Shown here: piece by piece, positions 13,120-23,098 of the stretch
Layout: every line of letters begins with the position of its first letter
How positions within the stretch are numbered: the first letter of the stretch is position 1
Assembly (NCBI GenBank): GCA_963666215.2
Contig: CAXWPL010000002.1
Location: 672,001 to 736,000 of the forward strand
Length of the DNA: 64,000 nt
Source: Acidobacteriota bacterium
Lineage (GTDB): Bacteria > Acidobacteriota > UBA890 > WLXD01
Direction: 5' to 3'
Translations under genes and position numbers: made by a program
Notes under the pieces: model-generated
Told to the model about the DNA's origin: nothing
Databases searched by the model: none
The model's input: only the letters and a program-made list of their open reading frames with translations

Positions 13120-13995
13120 ATGAACCTGATCGATATCTTCACTCGTTACCCTGACCAAGAAGCCTGCATTGAGCACCTAGAAGCCGTTCGCTGGCCGCTC
13201 GAAGCATCCTGCCCATTCTGTGAAAGCGCAAAAGTAGCACGGAAGGCCGACGGTGATCGCGTCGGCCGGTGGAACTGCCACGGCTGCACGTCCAGCTTCA
13301 ACGTTCTGTCGGGCACCATCTTCGAGAAGACGCGGGTTCCGTTGCAGAAGTGGTTCCTGGCGATCGGGCTCATGGTCAACGCCAAGAAGAGCCTGTCGAG
13401 CTGCCAGCTCGCCCGTGATCTCGATCTAACGCAGCAGACTGCCTGGTACATGCAGCAGCGTATCCGCTCCGCGATGGCCAAGGGCCAGCGTCAGTTGCTT
13501 CAGGGCATCGTGGAAGCCGACGAGTGCTACGTCGGCGGCAAGCCCCGCAAGGGCAACAGGCGCGACGACGACACGCCGAACCCGCGCGGTCGAGGCACCA
13601 AGAAGGTTCCGGTTATCGGCGTGGTCGAGCGTGGTGGGCGCGTTACCGCTCAGGTTGCTACCGACCTGACGGGCAAGGGCATTCTACGGTTCATCAAGAG
13701 TTCCGTAGACCCCCAGGGCTCGGTGCTGATCACGGACGAGTACGCGGCGTACAACGTGACCCGCGACCTACTGCCGCACGCGGTGATCAATCACAGCGTC
13801 GCCTACGCCGAAGGGCTCACGCATACGAATACCATCGAGGGCTTCTGGAGCCTCTTGAAGCGTGCCTGGTACGGCTCGCACCACTACTACCAGAAGCGCT
13901 ATATGCCGATGTACATCGCGGAGGCGTGCTGGAAGTACAACGAGCGCCGCAACGACAACGCCTTCGACACCTTCATGCGAGGCTGCTTCGCATGA
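13120..13995 (+). CDS. IS1595-family (ISXO2-like) transposase
   Basis: Zn finger CPFC...CHGC; catalytic EADECY, ITDEY and TNTIEGFWSLLKR. Confidence 0.95.
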   Translation: MNLIDIFTRYPDQEACIEHLEAVRWPLEASCPFCESAKVARKADGDRVGRWNCHGCTSSFNVLSGTIFEKTRVPLQKWFLAIGLMVNAKKSLSSCQLARDLDLTQQTAWYMQQRIRSAMAKGQRQLLQGIVEADECYVGGKPRKGNRRDDDTPNPRGRGTKKVPVIGVVERGGRVTAQVATDLTGKGILRFIKSSVDPQGSVLITDEYAAYNVTRDLLPHAVINHSVAYAEGLTHTNTIEGFWSLLKRAWYGSHHYYQKRYMPMYIAEACWKYNERRNDNAFDTFMRGCFA

Positions 13996-15602
13996 ACCGG
14001 CTGTACTACGGCGACTGCCTCACCATCATGCGGGACAAAATGAAGCTCGCCAGCGTAGACCTGATTTACCTGGACCCGCCGTTCAACAGTAACCGCGAGT
14101 ACAACGCGATCTACAAGGACGAAACGGGCCGACCGCTACCTGACCAGATCGAGGCATTCTGCGATATGTGGACGCTCGATGAGGAGCGCGAACGATCGAT
14201 ACGGCATATGCCGATTTTGATGCGGGAGAGCGGTATTGACGATGGCGTTGTGACATTTTGGCAGACCTGGATGAACGCGCTACGCAACACGCGCCCGCGA
14301 TTGCTTGCGTACCTGTCCTATATGGTGGAGCGGCTGATCTACATGCGGCCGATTCTCAAGCCGACGGGAACTCTATATCTGCACTGTGATCCTACGGCGA
14401 GCCATTACATCAAGGTGATGCTGGACGGTGTTTTCGGCCACAAGAACTTCCGCAACGAGATCGTGTGGCGACGCACGAACGCGAAGGGCCTGGCGACTAA
14501 GAGGTTGGCTTCCAACCACGACGTTATTCTGTTCTACGGCAAAGATGCCAAGGTGTCATGGAACCCGCCGCACGAAGCGCACGACCCCGATTATGTCGAG
14601 AAATTCTATCGGCACGTCGAAGACGATACAGGACGCCGGTACACGCTTGGCGATCTCACGAATCCGAACAAAAACAGGCCAAACCTGGAATACGAGTTCC
14701 TAGGCGTTAGGCGAGTTTGGCGATGGACGAACGAACGGATGCAGCGCGCGTACGAGGAGGGTCTAGTCGTTCAAAGCAGTGAAGGGGCAGTCCCCAGGCT
14801 CAAGCGTTACCTTGACGAACAAAAAGGCCGAGCCATAGATGACATCTGGTCGGATATCGCTCCAGTGAGCCCACGCTCTGAAGGTCTTGGCTACGCCACA
14901 CAGAAGCCGCTTGCGCTACTGGAACGGATCATCAAAGCCAGTTCCAACGAGGGCGACGTGGTGTTCGATCCGTTTTGTGGCTGTGCCACGACGATGGAAG
15001 CTGCGCAGAGGCTCAATCGACGATGGATTGGGATCGACATCGCCATTCATGCGATCAAGCGTGTAGCGAGGATCCGGCTAGGCGACCGTTGCAAGCTCGT
15101 CGAAGGTCATGACTACACCATCGACGGCGTACCGAAGAACCTGGAAGGTTCCCGAGACCTATGGAAGCGCGACAAGTACCACTTCCAGAAGTGGGCCGTC
15201 GAACAGGTTGATGGCTTCGTGACCACGAAGCGCACCGCCGACGGCGGCATAGACGGGCGATTGTACTTTGCCGTGCCCGAGAAGCCAGACCTTCAGAGCA
15301 TGGCCATTGAGGTAAAGGGAGGCAAGAACGTCTCGATAGCGGATGTACGCGCCCTGCGTGGCGTGCTCGACAACGACCAAGCGCTCATGGCCGGGCTGAT
15401 CGTCATGGACCGACCAGGCACCGTGAAAGAGCGCAACTTCAAGCGTTTCATGGCGGATGCTGGCGACCTGTCGGTGATGAGCATGCAGTATCCACGGATG
15501 CAGCTATTGACAGTCGAAGAGATCCTGGAAGGGGTACGGTTCGTTACGCCGAGCGTGGCAGGCCGTGGAACTGGGCAGGAGAACTTGCCGCTCTCGGGAT
15601 AA
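13992..15602 (+). CDS. Beta-class N6A/N4C DNA methyltransferase fused to a C-terminal Mrr-like PD-(D/E)xK domain
   Basis: LIYLDPPF (motif IV), TQKP, FDPFCGCAT (motif I); C-terminal DGGIDG...IEVK; ATGA overlap with the transposase stop. Confidence 0.88.
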   Translation: MNRLYYGDCLTIMRDKMKLASVDLIYLDPPFNSNREYNAIYKDETGRPLPDQIEAFCDMWTLDEERERSIRHMPILMRESGIDDGVVTFWQTWMNALRNTRPRLLAYLSYMVERLIYMRPILKPTGTLYLHCDPTASHYIKVMLDGVFGHKNFRNEIVWRRTNAKGLATKRLASNHDVILFYGKDAKVSWNPPHEAHDPDYVEKFYRHVEDDTGRRYTLGDLTNPNKNRPNLEYEFLGVRRVWRWTNERMQRAYEEGLVVQSSEGAVPRLKRYLDEQKGRAIDDIWSDIAPVSPRSEGLGYATQKPLALLERIIKASSNEGDVVFDPFCGCATTMEAAQRLNRRWIGIDIAIHAIKRVARIRLGDRCKLVEGHDYTIDGVPKNLEGSRDLWKRDKYHFQKWAVEQVDGFVTTKRTADGGIDGRLYFAVPEKPDLQSMAIEVKGGKNVSIADVRALRGVLDNDQALMAGLIVMDRPGTVKERNFKRFMADAGDLSVMSMQYPRMQLLTVEEILEGVRFVTPSVAGRGTGQENLPLSG

Positions 15603-15667
15603 AGCCCGTAACTACCCTCTCGTAACTGCCGCTAGCCCACCCAATAAGCCCATAGCTTGTATATCCG

Positions 15668-15853
15668 ATCTTCTACACGTTGAAGGAGGCAAAGGTTCTG
15701 ATCGAAGGGTGGCGACAAAAGTTCAATCGCCTCAGACCCCACAGCTCACTGAAGGACCGAACTCCTACGGAGTTCGCCAGGGGCTGGCAACCGGAGGCTT
15801 CGGAACACCGAATGCCTAAACCTCTGACCGGTACTCATTCCGGGGTGGGGTCA
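15668..15853 (+). pseudogene. 3' remnant and right end of an IS3-family (IS407-like) element
   Basis: Translates IFYTLKEAKVLIEGWRQKFNRLRPHSSL; ends GGTACTCATTCCGGGGTGGGGTCA; a second similar end GGTACTAACCGTGGGGGCAGGTCA finishes at 15903. Confidence 0.8.
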
Positions 15854-15942
15854 TGCGGCGAGTTACTGAGATAGAAAGTGGTACTAACCGTGGGGGCAGG
15901 TCAAGGAAGTCTATTTTTAAGACAGCGCTTAGGGAGAACATT

Positions 15943-18852
15943 ATGCGCAGAATCGTTGGTTGGGGTGTTGTGTTGTTGTTGTTGTTGAGTGTGCCGGTCA
16001 GTGTGCTGTCCCAGGTGAGCACCATCGTGAGGGGAACCGTAACCGACAGGACCGGAGGTGGCATTCCCGGCGCGAGCGTCACGGTGGTCCACGAAACGAC
16101 CGATGAGGCCACGACACGCTTGACGGACGAAATCGGGAATTACGAGTTCACCGGTTTGCCCCCCGGGATCTACACACTAACGGCGGATATGCCCGGCTTT
16201 GAAGTGGGCACCTACAGCAATGTGGAACTGGCGGCTGGCCAAGAGGTTCTGCGGAATTTCACCCTTGAGATCAGCGCGGTCCACATGACTGTCGTCGTCA
16301 TCGGCAGCCGCGCGAAGCCGCGATCGGTCACCAAGTCGGCCGTGCCGATCGATGTCATCCGGGCTGAGGACTTCACCAGCCAGGGCAGTACCGACCTGGC
16401 AAATCAGTTGCGGGCCGTCGTTCCCTCCTTCAGCGTGAGCATTCAGCCGATCAGCGACGCGGCGACCATCGTCCGGCCGGCGCACCTGCGCAACCTGGCG
16501 CCCGATCACACGCTGATCCTGGTCAACGGCAAGCGCCGTCACCGCGCGGCGGTCATCACTTGGCTCGGCAACGGTATCGCGGACGGCTCGCAGGGACCGG
16601 ACCTCTCCGTCATTCCCTCGATTGCAATCCGGCAGGCCGAGGTGCTGCGCGACGGGGCGGCGGCGCAGTACGGCTCGGACGCCATCGCCGGCGTCATGAA
16701 CTTCCAGCTCAAGGATTCCCGATCGGGCGGCAGCCTGGAGTTCCGCACGGGAGCCTACCGCAATGCGAACCCGGGCAGCCCGTCAACGTGCGGGTCGGGC
16801 ATCAGCGGTGACATCCAGCATTCCTGCAACGGGATCGGCGGACATGGGCAGGCGCAATCCTTCGCCGGGAATGTTGGGCTGCCGCTCGGCTCGGCTGGGT
16901 TCGTGAACCTCAGCCTGGAGTACGGCAGCGCCAACCCGACCAATCGCAGCATTCAGCGTGAGGATGCGCAGGCCATCATCGCGGCTGGCAATACGAACCT
17001 GCGCAACCCGGCGCAGATCTGGGGAGCGCCCAAACTCGACGACGACCTGAAGCTGTTCGGCAATTTCGGCTATCCGTTCGAGAACGGATTGCAGGTCTAC
17101 GGCCACACCAACTTCGCGAGCCGCAAGGTAACCGGCGGCTTCTACTTCCGGAATCCGCATACCCGCGGCGGGGTCTTCCGGGGCGACGTGGGCGACGACA
17201 ACATTCCAACCCTGCGCGTGGGCAACGTCGGTCTGGCCGCGTTCAACGAGGCGAACGGGACCAATGACGGATATGCCGGACCAGGCTGCCCCACGATCCC
17301 GATCATCGACAACGTGCCCGATACCGCCGCTCTCGCGGCGGTGGAGGCGGACCCGAACTGTTTCACGCTCTACAGCCGGTTCCCCGGCGGGTTCACGCCG
17401 CAATTCGGGGGCAATCTCATCGACTATTCGTGGGTCAGCGGACTGCGCGGGTTCATGAGCTCCGGCCTCACCTGGGATGCGAGTATCAGCATTGGCAGAA
17501 GCGAGGTCGATCAGTTCATCTTCGATACGGTCAACGCGTCGCTCGGCTACGAAACGCCAACGTCGTTCAAGCCCGGCAGCTATCGGCAGGACGAGGTCAA
17601 CTTCAACTTTGACGTCTCGTACCCGGTCAACGACATCGTGCACATCGCGGGCGGCACGGAGTGGCGCGATGAGAAGTTCACGATCGGCGGGGGCGGGCAG
17701 CCCTCATGGGAGATCGGCCCGTACGCCGCACAGGGCTTCAGCTCCGGCTCGAACGGCTTCAACGGTTACCGGGCCGACACGACGGCGGGGAGCTGGAGCC
17801 GCAGCAATGTAGCGGTCTACGGTGATCTCGAGTTCACCGACCCGGGCGGGCGGTGGACGGTCGGCACGGCCGTCCGGTTCGAGAACTTCGAGGATTTCGG
17901 TGCGACGACGAACGGCAAACTCACGGCGCGCGTTGAGCTGACCGACGCGTTCTCGCTGCGCGCCGCCGTGAGCAGCGGGTTCCGGGCGCCGACCCCGGGA
18001 CAGCAGAACGCGTTCAACGTGACGACCGCGTTCATCGACGGGCAGTTGACCAACAACGGCGTCGTCCCGTCCACATCCGCGGTGGCCGTCGCGAGGGGCG
18101 GCGAGCAGCTCCAGCCGGAACAATCACTCAACTACAGCGCGGGGGCGGTCGTCGAGCAGGGCCCGTTCACCTTCACTGCCGACTACTTCCGGATCGACAT
18201 CGACGATCGTATCGCCCTGTCGCAGGAAATCAATCTGACGGAGAGCGAAATCCAGACGCTGCTCGCGGAAGGGATCCCCGAGGCGCGAAATTTTCCGGTG
18301 TTCCGGTTCTTCCTGAACGACTTCTCGACGACGACCCAAGGCATCGACCTGATTTCGACCCTGACGGTCGGGCGCACGAAGTTCAGCATGATCTTCAACT
18401 ACACGGACACGGCGGTCAAGAACGTCGAATCCGTCGTGATCGATGAATTCCGCATCAATACGCTGGAACGGGGACTGCCTAATACCCGGTGGAATTTCAG
18501 CATCAACCACCGCGCCGAGAGGTGGAGCCTGATGGGTCGGCTGAACTACTTCGGTCAGTTCTGGGACAGCGAGGATGGACGGAATTCGGTCGGTCTCCCT
18601 GGCGGACCCGAGGCGTCCTGGCTGTACCCGGCCTATTCCGGCAAGGCGCTGCTCGACCTCGAACTCGGCATTCCATTCGAAGAGAATATCACGCTGGCGG
18701 TCGGTGCTGAAAACCTGCTCAACACGTACCCCGACGTGAACATGTTCGGCGCCAATACGGTCGGCAATCAATACGGCCAGTTCTCGCCGTTCGGTTTCAA
18801 CGGCGCCTATTACTACGTCCGGGTCGGGTACTCCTTCGGCTCTTCCCTCTAA
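15943..18852 (+). CDS. TonB-dependent receptor with N-terminal carboxypeptidase-regulatory-like domain
   Basis: Signal peptide; GTVTD..GG.IPGASVT; VVVIGSR; plug motifs LILVNGKRRH and EVLRDGAAAQYGSDAIAGV; GFRAP; AGGGAG RBS. Confidence 0.95.
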   Translation: MRRIVGWGVVLLLLLSVPVSVLSQVSTIVRGTVTDRTGGGIPGASVTVVHETTDEATTRLTDEIGNYEFTGLPPGIYTLTADMPGFEVGTYSNVELAAGQEVLRNFTLEISAVHMTVVVIGSRAKPRSVTKSAVPIDVIRAEDFTSQGSTDLANQLRAVVPSFSVSIQPISDAATIVRPAHLRNLAPDHTLILVNGKRRHRAAVITWLGNGIADGSQGPDLSVIPSIAIRQAEVLRDGAAAQYGSDAIAGVMNFQLKDSRSGGSLEFRTGAYRNANPGSPSTCGSGISGDIQHSCNGIGGHGQAQSFAGNVGLPLGSAGFVNLSLEYGSANPTNRSIQREDAQAIIAAGNTNLRNPAQIWGAPKLDDDLKLFGNFGYPFENGLQVYGHTNFASRKVTGGFYFRNPHTRGGVFRGDVGDDNIPTLRVGNVGLAAFNEANGTNDGYAGPGCPTIPIIDNVPDTAALAAVEADPNCFTLYSRFPGGFTPQFGGNLIDYSWVSGLRGFMSSGLTWDASISIGRSEVDQFIFDTVNASLGYETPTSFKPGSYRQDEVNFNFDVSYPVNDIVHIAGGTEWRDEKFTIGGGGQPSWEIGPYAAQGFSSGSNGFNGYRADTTAGSWSRSNVAVYGDLEFTDPGGRWTVGTAVRFENFEDFGATTNGKLTARVELTDAFSLRAAVSSGFRAPTPGQQNAFNVTTAFIDGQLTNNGVVPSTSAVAVARGGEQLQPEQSLNYSAGAVVEQGPFTFTADYFRIDIDDRIALSQEINLTESEIQTLLAEGIPEARNFPVFRFFLNDFSTTTQGIDLISTLTVGRTKFSMIFNYTDTAVKNVESVVIDEFRINTLERGLPNTRWNFSINHRAERWSLMGRLNYFGQFWDSEDGRNSVGLPGGPEASWLYPAYSGKALLDLELGIPFEENITLAVGAENLLNTYPDVNMFGANTVGNQYGQFSPFGFNGAYYYVRVGYSFGSSL

Positions 18853-18860
18853 TTGAATTA

Positions 18861-18971
18861 CGGATATACAAGCTATGGGCTTATTGGGTGGGCTAGCGGC
18901 AGTTACGAGAGGGTAGTTACGGGCTTTATCCCGAGAGCGGCAAGTTCTCCTGCCCAGTTCCACGGCCTGCC
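18861..18971 (-). mobile_element. Inverted 111-bp copy of the IS1595 right end
   Basis: Matches the reverse complement of 15557-15667 with no differences seen. Confidence 0.93.
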
Positions 18972-18984
18972 TGAAGTACAGAGC

Positions 18985-19015
18985 AAGCCGCGTGCCAGTT
19001 CGGGCGCGGCTTTTT
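18985..19015 (+). terminator. Rho-independent terminator-like hairpin
   Basis: AAGCCGCG...CGCGGCTT stem running into a T5 tract. Confidence 0.6.
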
Positions 19016-19152
19016 CGTGCCCTCTGCGCCGTTGCGGCGCTCTCACGGTGTCGGGTGCGCGCGCGACGTCCGCTTGTGGGATCGACTGTCGCGCAACCGG
19101 ACACGCCCGGTGACCGTCGCGCGCCGCGCTACGCTCGGCGCGCGGCGAACAA

Positions 19153-19869
19153 TCAAGCTTTAGCCTGACCGTCCGTCTCGGCGGCAACTGCCGTGTAGGG
19201 ATCGTCTTCGACGATCCAGCCATCGACCAGGTTGATGACGCGGTCGCCGTAGCTCGCGTTGAGCTCCGAATGCGTCACCTGAACGATCGTCGTCCCCTCC
19301 TCGCGGTTCAGCCGCTGGAAAAGTTCCATGATCTCCTTACCCTGAGCCGTATGCAGGTTCCCCGTTGGCTCATCGGCGAGGATGATCTTGGGCTTGCCGA
19401 TGATGGCGCGCGCCACACCCACGAGCTGCTGCTGGCCGCCCGAGAGCTGGCTCGGGTAGAGGTCCTTCTTGCCGACCATCTGGAAGCGGTCGAGTGTGTC
19501 GGCCACCATGCTCTTGCGTTGCGAGCGCTTGATGTTGCGGTACGACAGCGGCACGTCGAGATTCTCGTAGACGGTCATGCTGTCGATGAGATGGTAGCTC
19601 TGGAAGACGAAGCCGATGTACTCGCGATTGAGACGGTTGCGCTCCTTCGAGCGCAGGTCGTGCACGGGATAGTCGATCAGGTAGTACTCGCCTTCCCATG
19701 AGCCGTCGAGCATGCCGATGATGCTCAGCATCGTCGTCTTGCCGGCGCCGGACGGCCCCATGATCGTAACGAACTCACCCTCGGCGATATCGACGTTCAC
19801 ACGGCGGAGCACATAGGTTCGACCGAACCCGGATTTGTAGGACTTTTCGACGTTGCGCAGTCTGATCAT
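19153..19869 (-). CDS. ABC transporter ATP-binding protein (LolD/MacB-like)
   Basis: [25 protein letters not shown] and VTH motifs. Confidence 0.94.
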   Translation of the reverse strand: MIRLRNVEKSYKSGFGRTYVLRRVNVDIAEGEFVTIMGPSGAGKTTMLSIIGMLDGSWEGEYYLIDYPVHDLRSKERNRLNREYIGFVFQSYHLIDSMTVYENLDVPLSYRNIKRSQRKSMVADTLDRFQMVGKKDLYPSQLSGGQQQLVGVARAIIGKPKIILADEPTGNLHTAQGKEIMELFQRLNREEGTTIVQVTHSELNASYGDRVINLVDGWIVEDDPYTAVAAETDGQAKA

Positions 19870-20024
19870 GGTCGCTTCTGAGTCGGGGGGATTCGGAAGG
19901 CTGAAGTCTACGTTACTCGTCGGACGGCCTCCATGTTGGCACCCGCCCGTGGCACGCGCCAAACCGGGCCACCCGCTCTGGCTGGCTTATCGAGCGCGGG
20001 CTGCACGCGCTGCGGCCGTCGCCG

Positions 20025-21677
20025 CTACAGGCCGAGAACCTCCTTGCCCTGTTCGTACACCAGATCCACCGGGATTCCGGCACCTGCGAGCGCGTCGAGA
20101 TCGGCCTGCAGTTGCGCTCCGATCACGGCGGCATCGTCGTGGAACGCCGCCACACCGGCGTGGTCGCCGTCGCCCTGCAGCTGCAAGATCTTGGCGGAGA
20201 GGTCGCGCGTCACCTCCTGCATGCGCTCGAACTCGATGCGGTAGGTGCCAGACTCCGCGTCGTGGGTGAAAGCACCAGCCTCACGAAAGAAGTTGAACCG
20301 CACCAGGTTAGCGCGACCATGCGAGCTCGCAAGACTGAAGCGGATGGACCGGAACATGCTGGCAAAGAAGGTGACGTAGTTGTCCATCAGGTCGGTGTCG
20401 GGCAGCTCACCTTCAACGTGCAGTTCGGTGATCATGTGCAGCCCGAGCACGTCGGCCTTGCCCTCCTCGAGCCACGACGCCTGTTCCCGAAGCGCCTGAC
20501 GCACCGTTTCCGCGCCGTTGACCGTGTTCTTGATACCCAACCCGTGCGCCACCTCGTGGAACATGGTGTTGGCAAAGAACGCATCGAACGTTACGTGCGG
20601 GCGCTGATCTTCGGCGAGCAAGGCGTCGGCGATCGGCTCCAAGATGGCGTCGAACTTCGCTCGCATGATGTTCTTGATTTGAATGCGTCGCGTCCCCTTG
20701 GCGAGCTGAACCTCTTCGTCGTTCGGCAGGTTGATGGCAATCGTTTTCGATCCGTGGTTGCCGTCGCCAGCGACGTAAACCAGGTCGTAGGCATTGAGCT
20801 CCGCGTCGGTACCCGGGACTTCCCGCTTGTAGGCTTCGCCCACGGGCAGGCTGCGCTGCAGCCCCGGCAACAGAGCGGCGTAGCGTGCCAACCGCACGCT
20901 CCAGGCCTTGTCCTTGATCAACACGTAGGCCTCGTATCCGGCCTTGGCTCCGAGCAGCTGATCCTCGTAGGTCTCGATGGGCCCGATGACGATCTCGATG
21001 GTGTTGTTCTTCATGTCCATCCAAGCCAAATCGCTGGCCTGGTAGTCATCGTTGAGCAGCGCCTCGGCGCGCAGCTCCAGGTAGCTCTCGAGGCCGCCGT
21101 CTTCGGCGAGCTGGGCGGCCTCTCGCAGCTTGGCCGACATCACCTGTACCTGGTCGGCGAACGCCTCATGGTAAGGCACGGCAATCAACTCGCCGGCGGA
21201 GTTGCGCCTCACGACGGTGTACAGGCTGCGGTGCTCCGGACTCGCGGATTCAATCTCCTCACGGGTAGCGTCGGCGGGATAGAGATTGCCGCCGAGGGGT
21301 CGTGGTCCGACTCCCTCGATGAATGGGGCAAAATCCCCGAGGCGGTCCCAGGGACCGAAGTTCATGCGAATCAGTCGCTCGGTGTCCGGATGCCCGGCCG
21401 CTGCCAATAGCTCGGTCGGATCGCCGTAGGCCTGCTGCCAGAAGATCTCGTTGACCGGCTCGGACGCTTCGATCAGGAGCTCGACGATACGGCGCTGGGC
21501 GTCGGTGAGCGGCGACAGGTCGGCCTCAATTCGCACCGAAGCGTACTTGTCGAGCACGGTGCGTGTCGCTGCAAGAGTAGAAGGGGAGCTGGCTGGGACT
21601 TCATCGGCCGCGGGGGCGCACGCCGCCCCGGTGATCGCCAGCAGCACGGCGGCTATGGTCAGCGTGAAGCGTTTCAT
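20025..21677 (-). CDS. Lipoprotein zinc peptidase, dipeptidyl-peptidase III (M49)-like
   Basis: Lipobox-like GAAC; IGPIETYED, AINLPND, HEVAH and LEEGKAD. Confidence 0.82.
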   Translation of the reverse strand: MKRFTLTIAAVLLAITGAACAPAADEVPASSPSTLAATRTVLDKYASVRIEADLSPLTDAQRRIVELLIEASEPVNEIFWQQAYGDPTELLAAAGHPDTERLIRMNFGPWDRLGDFAPFIEGVGPRPLGGNLYPADATREEIESASPEHRSLYTVVRRNSAGELIAVPYHEAFADQVQVMSAKLREAAQLAEDGGLESYLELRAEALLNDDYQASDLAWMDMKNNTIEIVIGPIETYEDQLLGAKAGYEAYVLIKDKAWSVRLARYAALLPGLQRSLPVGEAYKREVPGTDAELNAYDLVYVAGDGNHGSKTIAINLPNDEEVQLAKGTRRIQIKNIMRAKFDAILEPIADALLAEDQRPHVTFDAFFANTMFHEVAHGLGIKNTVNGAETVRQALREQASWLEEGKADVLGLHMITELHVEGELPDTDLMDNYVTFFASMFRSIRFSLASSHGRANLVRFNFFREAGAFTHDAESGTYRIEFERMQEVTRDLSAKILQLQGDGDHAGVAAFHDDAAVIGAQLQADLDALAGAGIPVDLVYEQGKEVLGL

Positions 21678-21703
21678 CGGGGAATCCTCCTGTGCGAACA
21701 GGG

Positions 21704-23098
21704 TCATGCGGGCTCGCTCTGGTGCTCGCGGGCGCCGCTTGCCTGGCGCAGGGCCCGCAGCTCGGTAGAAAGCGGGGAGTGGCAGCGTGCCGCCAGCGAA
21801 TGTTCTGTCTCGCCCAGGATGCCACCCGGCACCAACTGGCGCAGCTGCGTTGGCAAGACAAGATTGCGCAGGTCGAGATCGACGTGCGTGGAGGTGAGCA
21901 CGCGCACGAAGTTGCCCGTCAGGCCGCTCCAGCGAATCCCTTCGCCGTCCCCCGCGGGCTCGGCGTGCTCCCAGAGCACCGAAGCCTCGCTGTTGATCTG
22001 CTTGGCCAGATAACCGCGCTCCAGCTCGGCACCTAGCGCGTGCATACGATTGCTGCGGTGACGCACGATCGACGGGTCGACCTGCGCCGGCATTCTCGCC
22101 GCGGCCGTCCCCTGACGCGACGAGTAGCGGAACACGTGGAGTCGCGAAAACTCCATCTCGCGTACGAAGTCCAGAGAGGTCTCGAACTCCGTCTCGGTCT
22201 CGCCAGGAAAGCCGACCATGATGTCGGTGGTGATCGACAGTCCGGGCACCGCCGAGCGCGCGTCCCGAACAAGCGCGGCAAAGTCGTCCTGCGAGGTGCG
22301 TCGAGCCATCCGAGTGAGGGTCTCGTCGCATCCGCTCTGAAGAGGCAGATGCAGGTGCGGTTGCAGACGCAGGTCGGCGAAAGAATCGAAGAACGACGGC
22401 GTCAGGTCCCAGGGCTCGAGAGAAGAAAGTCGCAGTCGCTCGATTCCGGTGTGTCGCAGCAGGCGCTGCACGAGTTGGGCGAGATCGGAATCGCCGTCAA
22501 GATCGTTGCCGTACGAGCCCAGGTGCACGCCGCTCAGCACGGCCTCCCGGTAGCCGAGCTCGACAAGCCGGCGTACGTGTTCAACCACCGCGTCGAGCGG
22601 CCTACTGCGCCCCGCACCCCGCGCCACCGTAACGATGCAGAAGGTGCAGCGGTTATCGCAACCGTCCTGCACCTTCACGAAAGCACGCGTCCGTTGTGCT
22701 GGCAGCAGAAAACCCTCGGTCGCGTCTGCAGCCGGCACCGGGTCGCCGTCGCGTAACAATCCGCGTTCTTCCAGAATGTCGGCGAGACGATCCTTCTGCA
22801 GGTTGCCGACGATGAGATCTACACCGAGCGCTGTGGTGGCCGCCTCAGGCGCCTCGAGCTCGACCAAACAACCAGTAGCCACCAGCACCGCGCCCGGCTG
22901 TTGGCGCCGAAGTTGCCGGATGAGCTTGCGTGACTTGCGTGCAGCCACGTGGGTCACGGCGCACGTATTGAGAACGCACAGGTCCACCGGCTCGCCTGCG
23001 GCAACCACGCGATGCCCACGCTTGGCGAGCGTCCAGGCCAGCTCGTCCATCTCTCCAATATTCAGCCGGCAACCGAGCGACTCCAGGCGTATCCGCAT
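21704..23098 (-). CDS. mtaB: tRNA t6A methylthiotransferase (radical SAM)
   Basis: LGCRLN, LNTCAVT, ATGC, KVQDGCDNRCTFC and RLRLSSLEP. Confidence 0.88.
   Translation of the reverse strand: MRIRLESLGCRLNIGEMDELAWTLAKRGHRVVAAGEPVDLCVLNTCAVTHVAARKSRKLIRQLRRQQPGAVLVATGCLVELEAPEAATTALGVDLIVGNLQKDRLADILEERGLLRDGDPVPAADATEGFLLPAQRTRAFVKVQDGCDNRCTFCIVTVARGAGRSRPLDAVVEHVRRLVELGYREAVLSGVHLGSYGNDLDGDSDLAQLVQRLLRHTGIERLRLSSLEPWDLTPSFFDSFADLRLQPHLHLPLQSGCDETLTRMARRTSQDDFAALVRDARSAVPGLSITTDIMVGFPGETETEFETSLDFVREMEFSRLHVFRYSSRQGTAAARMPAQVDPSIVRHRSNRMHALGAELERGYLAKQINSEASVLWEHAEPAGDGEGIRWSGLTGNFVRVLTSTHVDLDLRNLVLPTQLRQLVPGGILGETEHSLAARCHSPLSTELRALRQASGAREHQSEPA

Larger units (their letters stand above)
13052..15667 (+). 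mobile_element. IS1595-family element with a passenger methyltransferase-endonuclease gene
   Basis: Perfect 22-bp terminal inverted repeats CGGATATACAAGCTATGGGCTT (13052-13073 and 15646-15667); no target duplication visible. Confidence 0.92.

Noticed and set aside
13524-13991. N-terminal extension of the methyltransferase ORF in the track
   Set aside because: It overlaps the transposase in another frame; the family-typical start MNRLYYGDCL is at 13992.
13041-15676. 8-bp target-site duplication around IS1595
   Set aside because: The flanks (..ATAAGAAA and ATCTTCTA..) do not match each other or the flank at 18853-18860.
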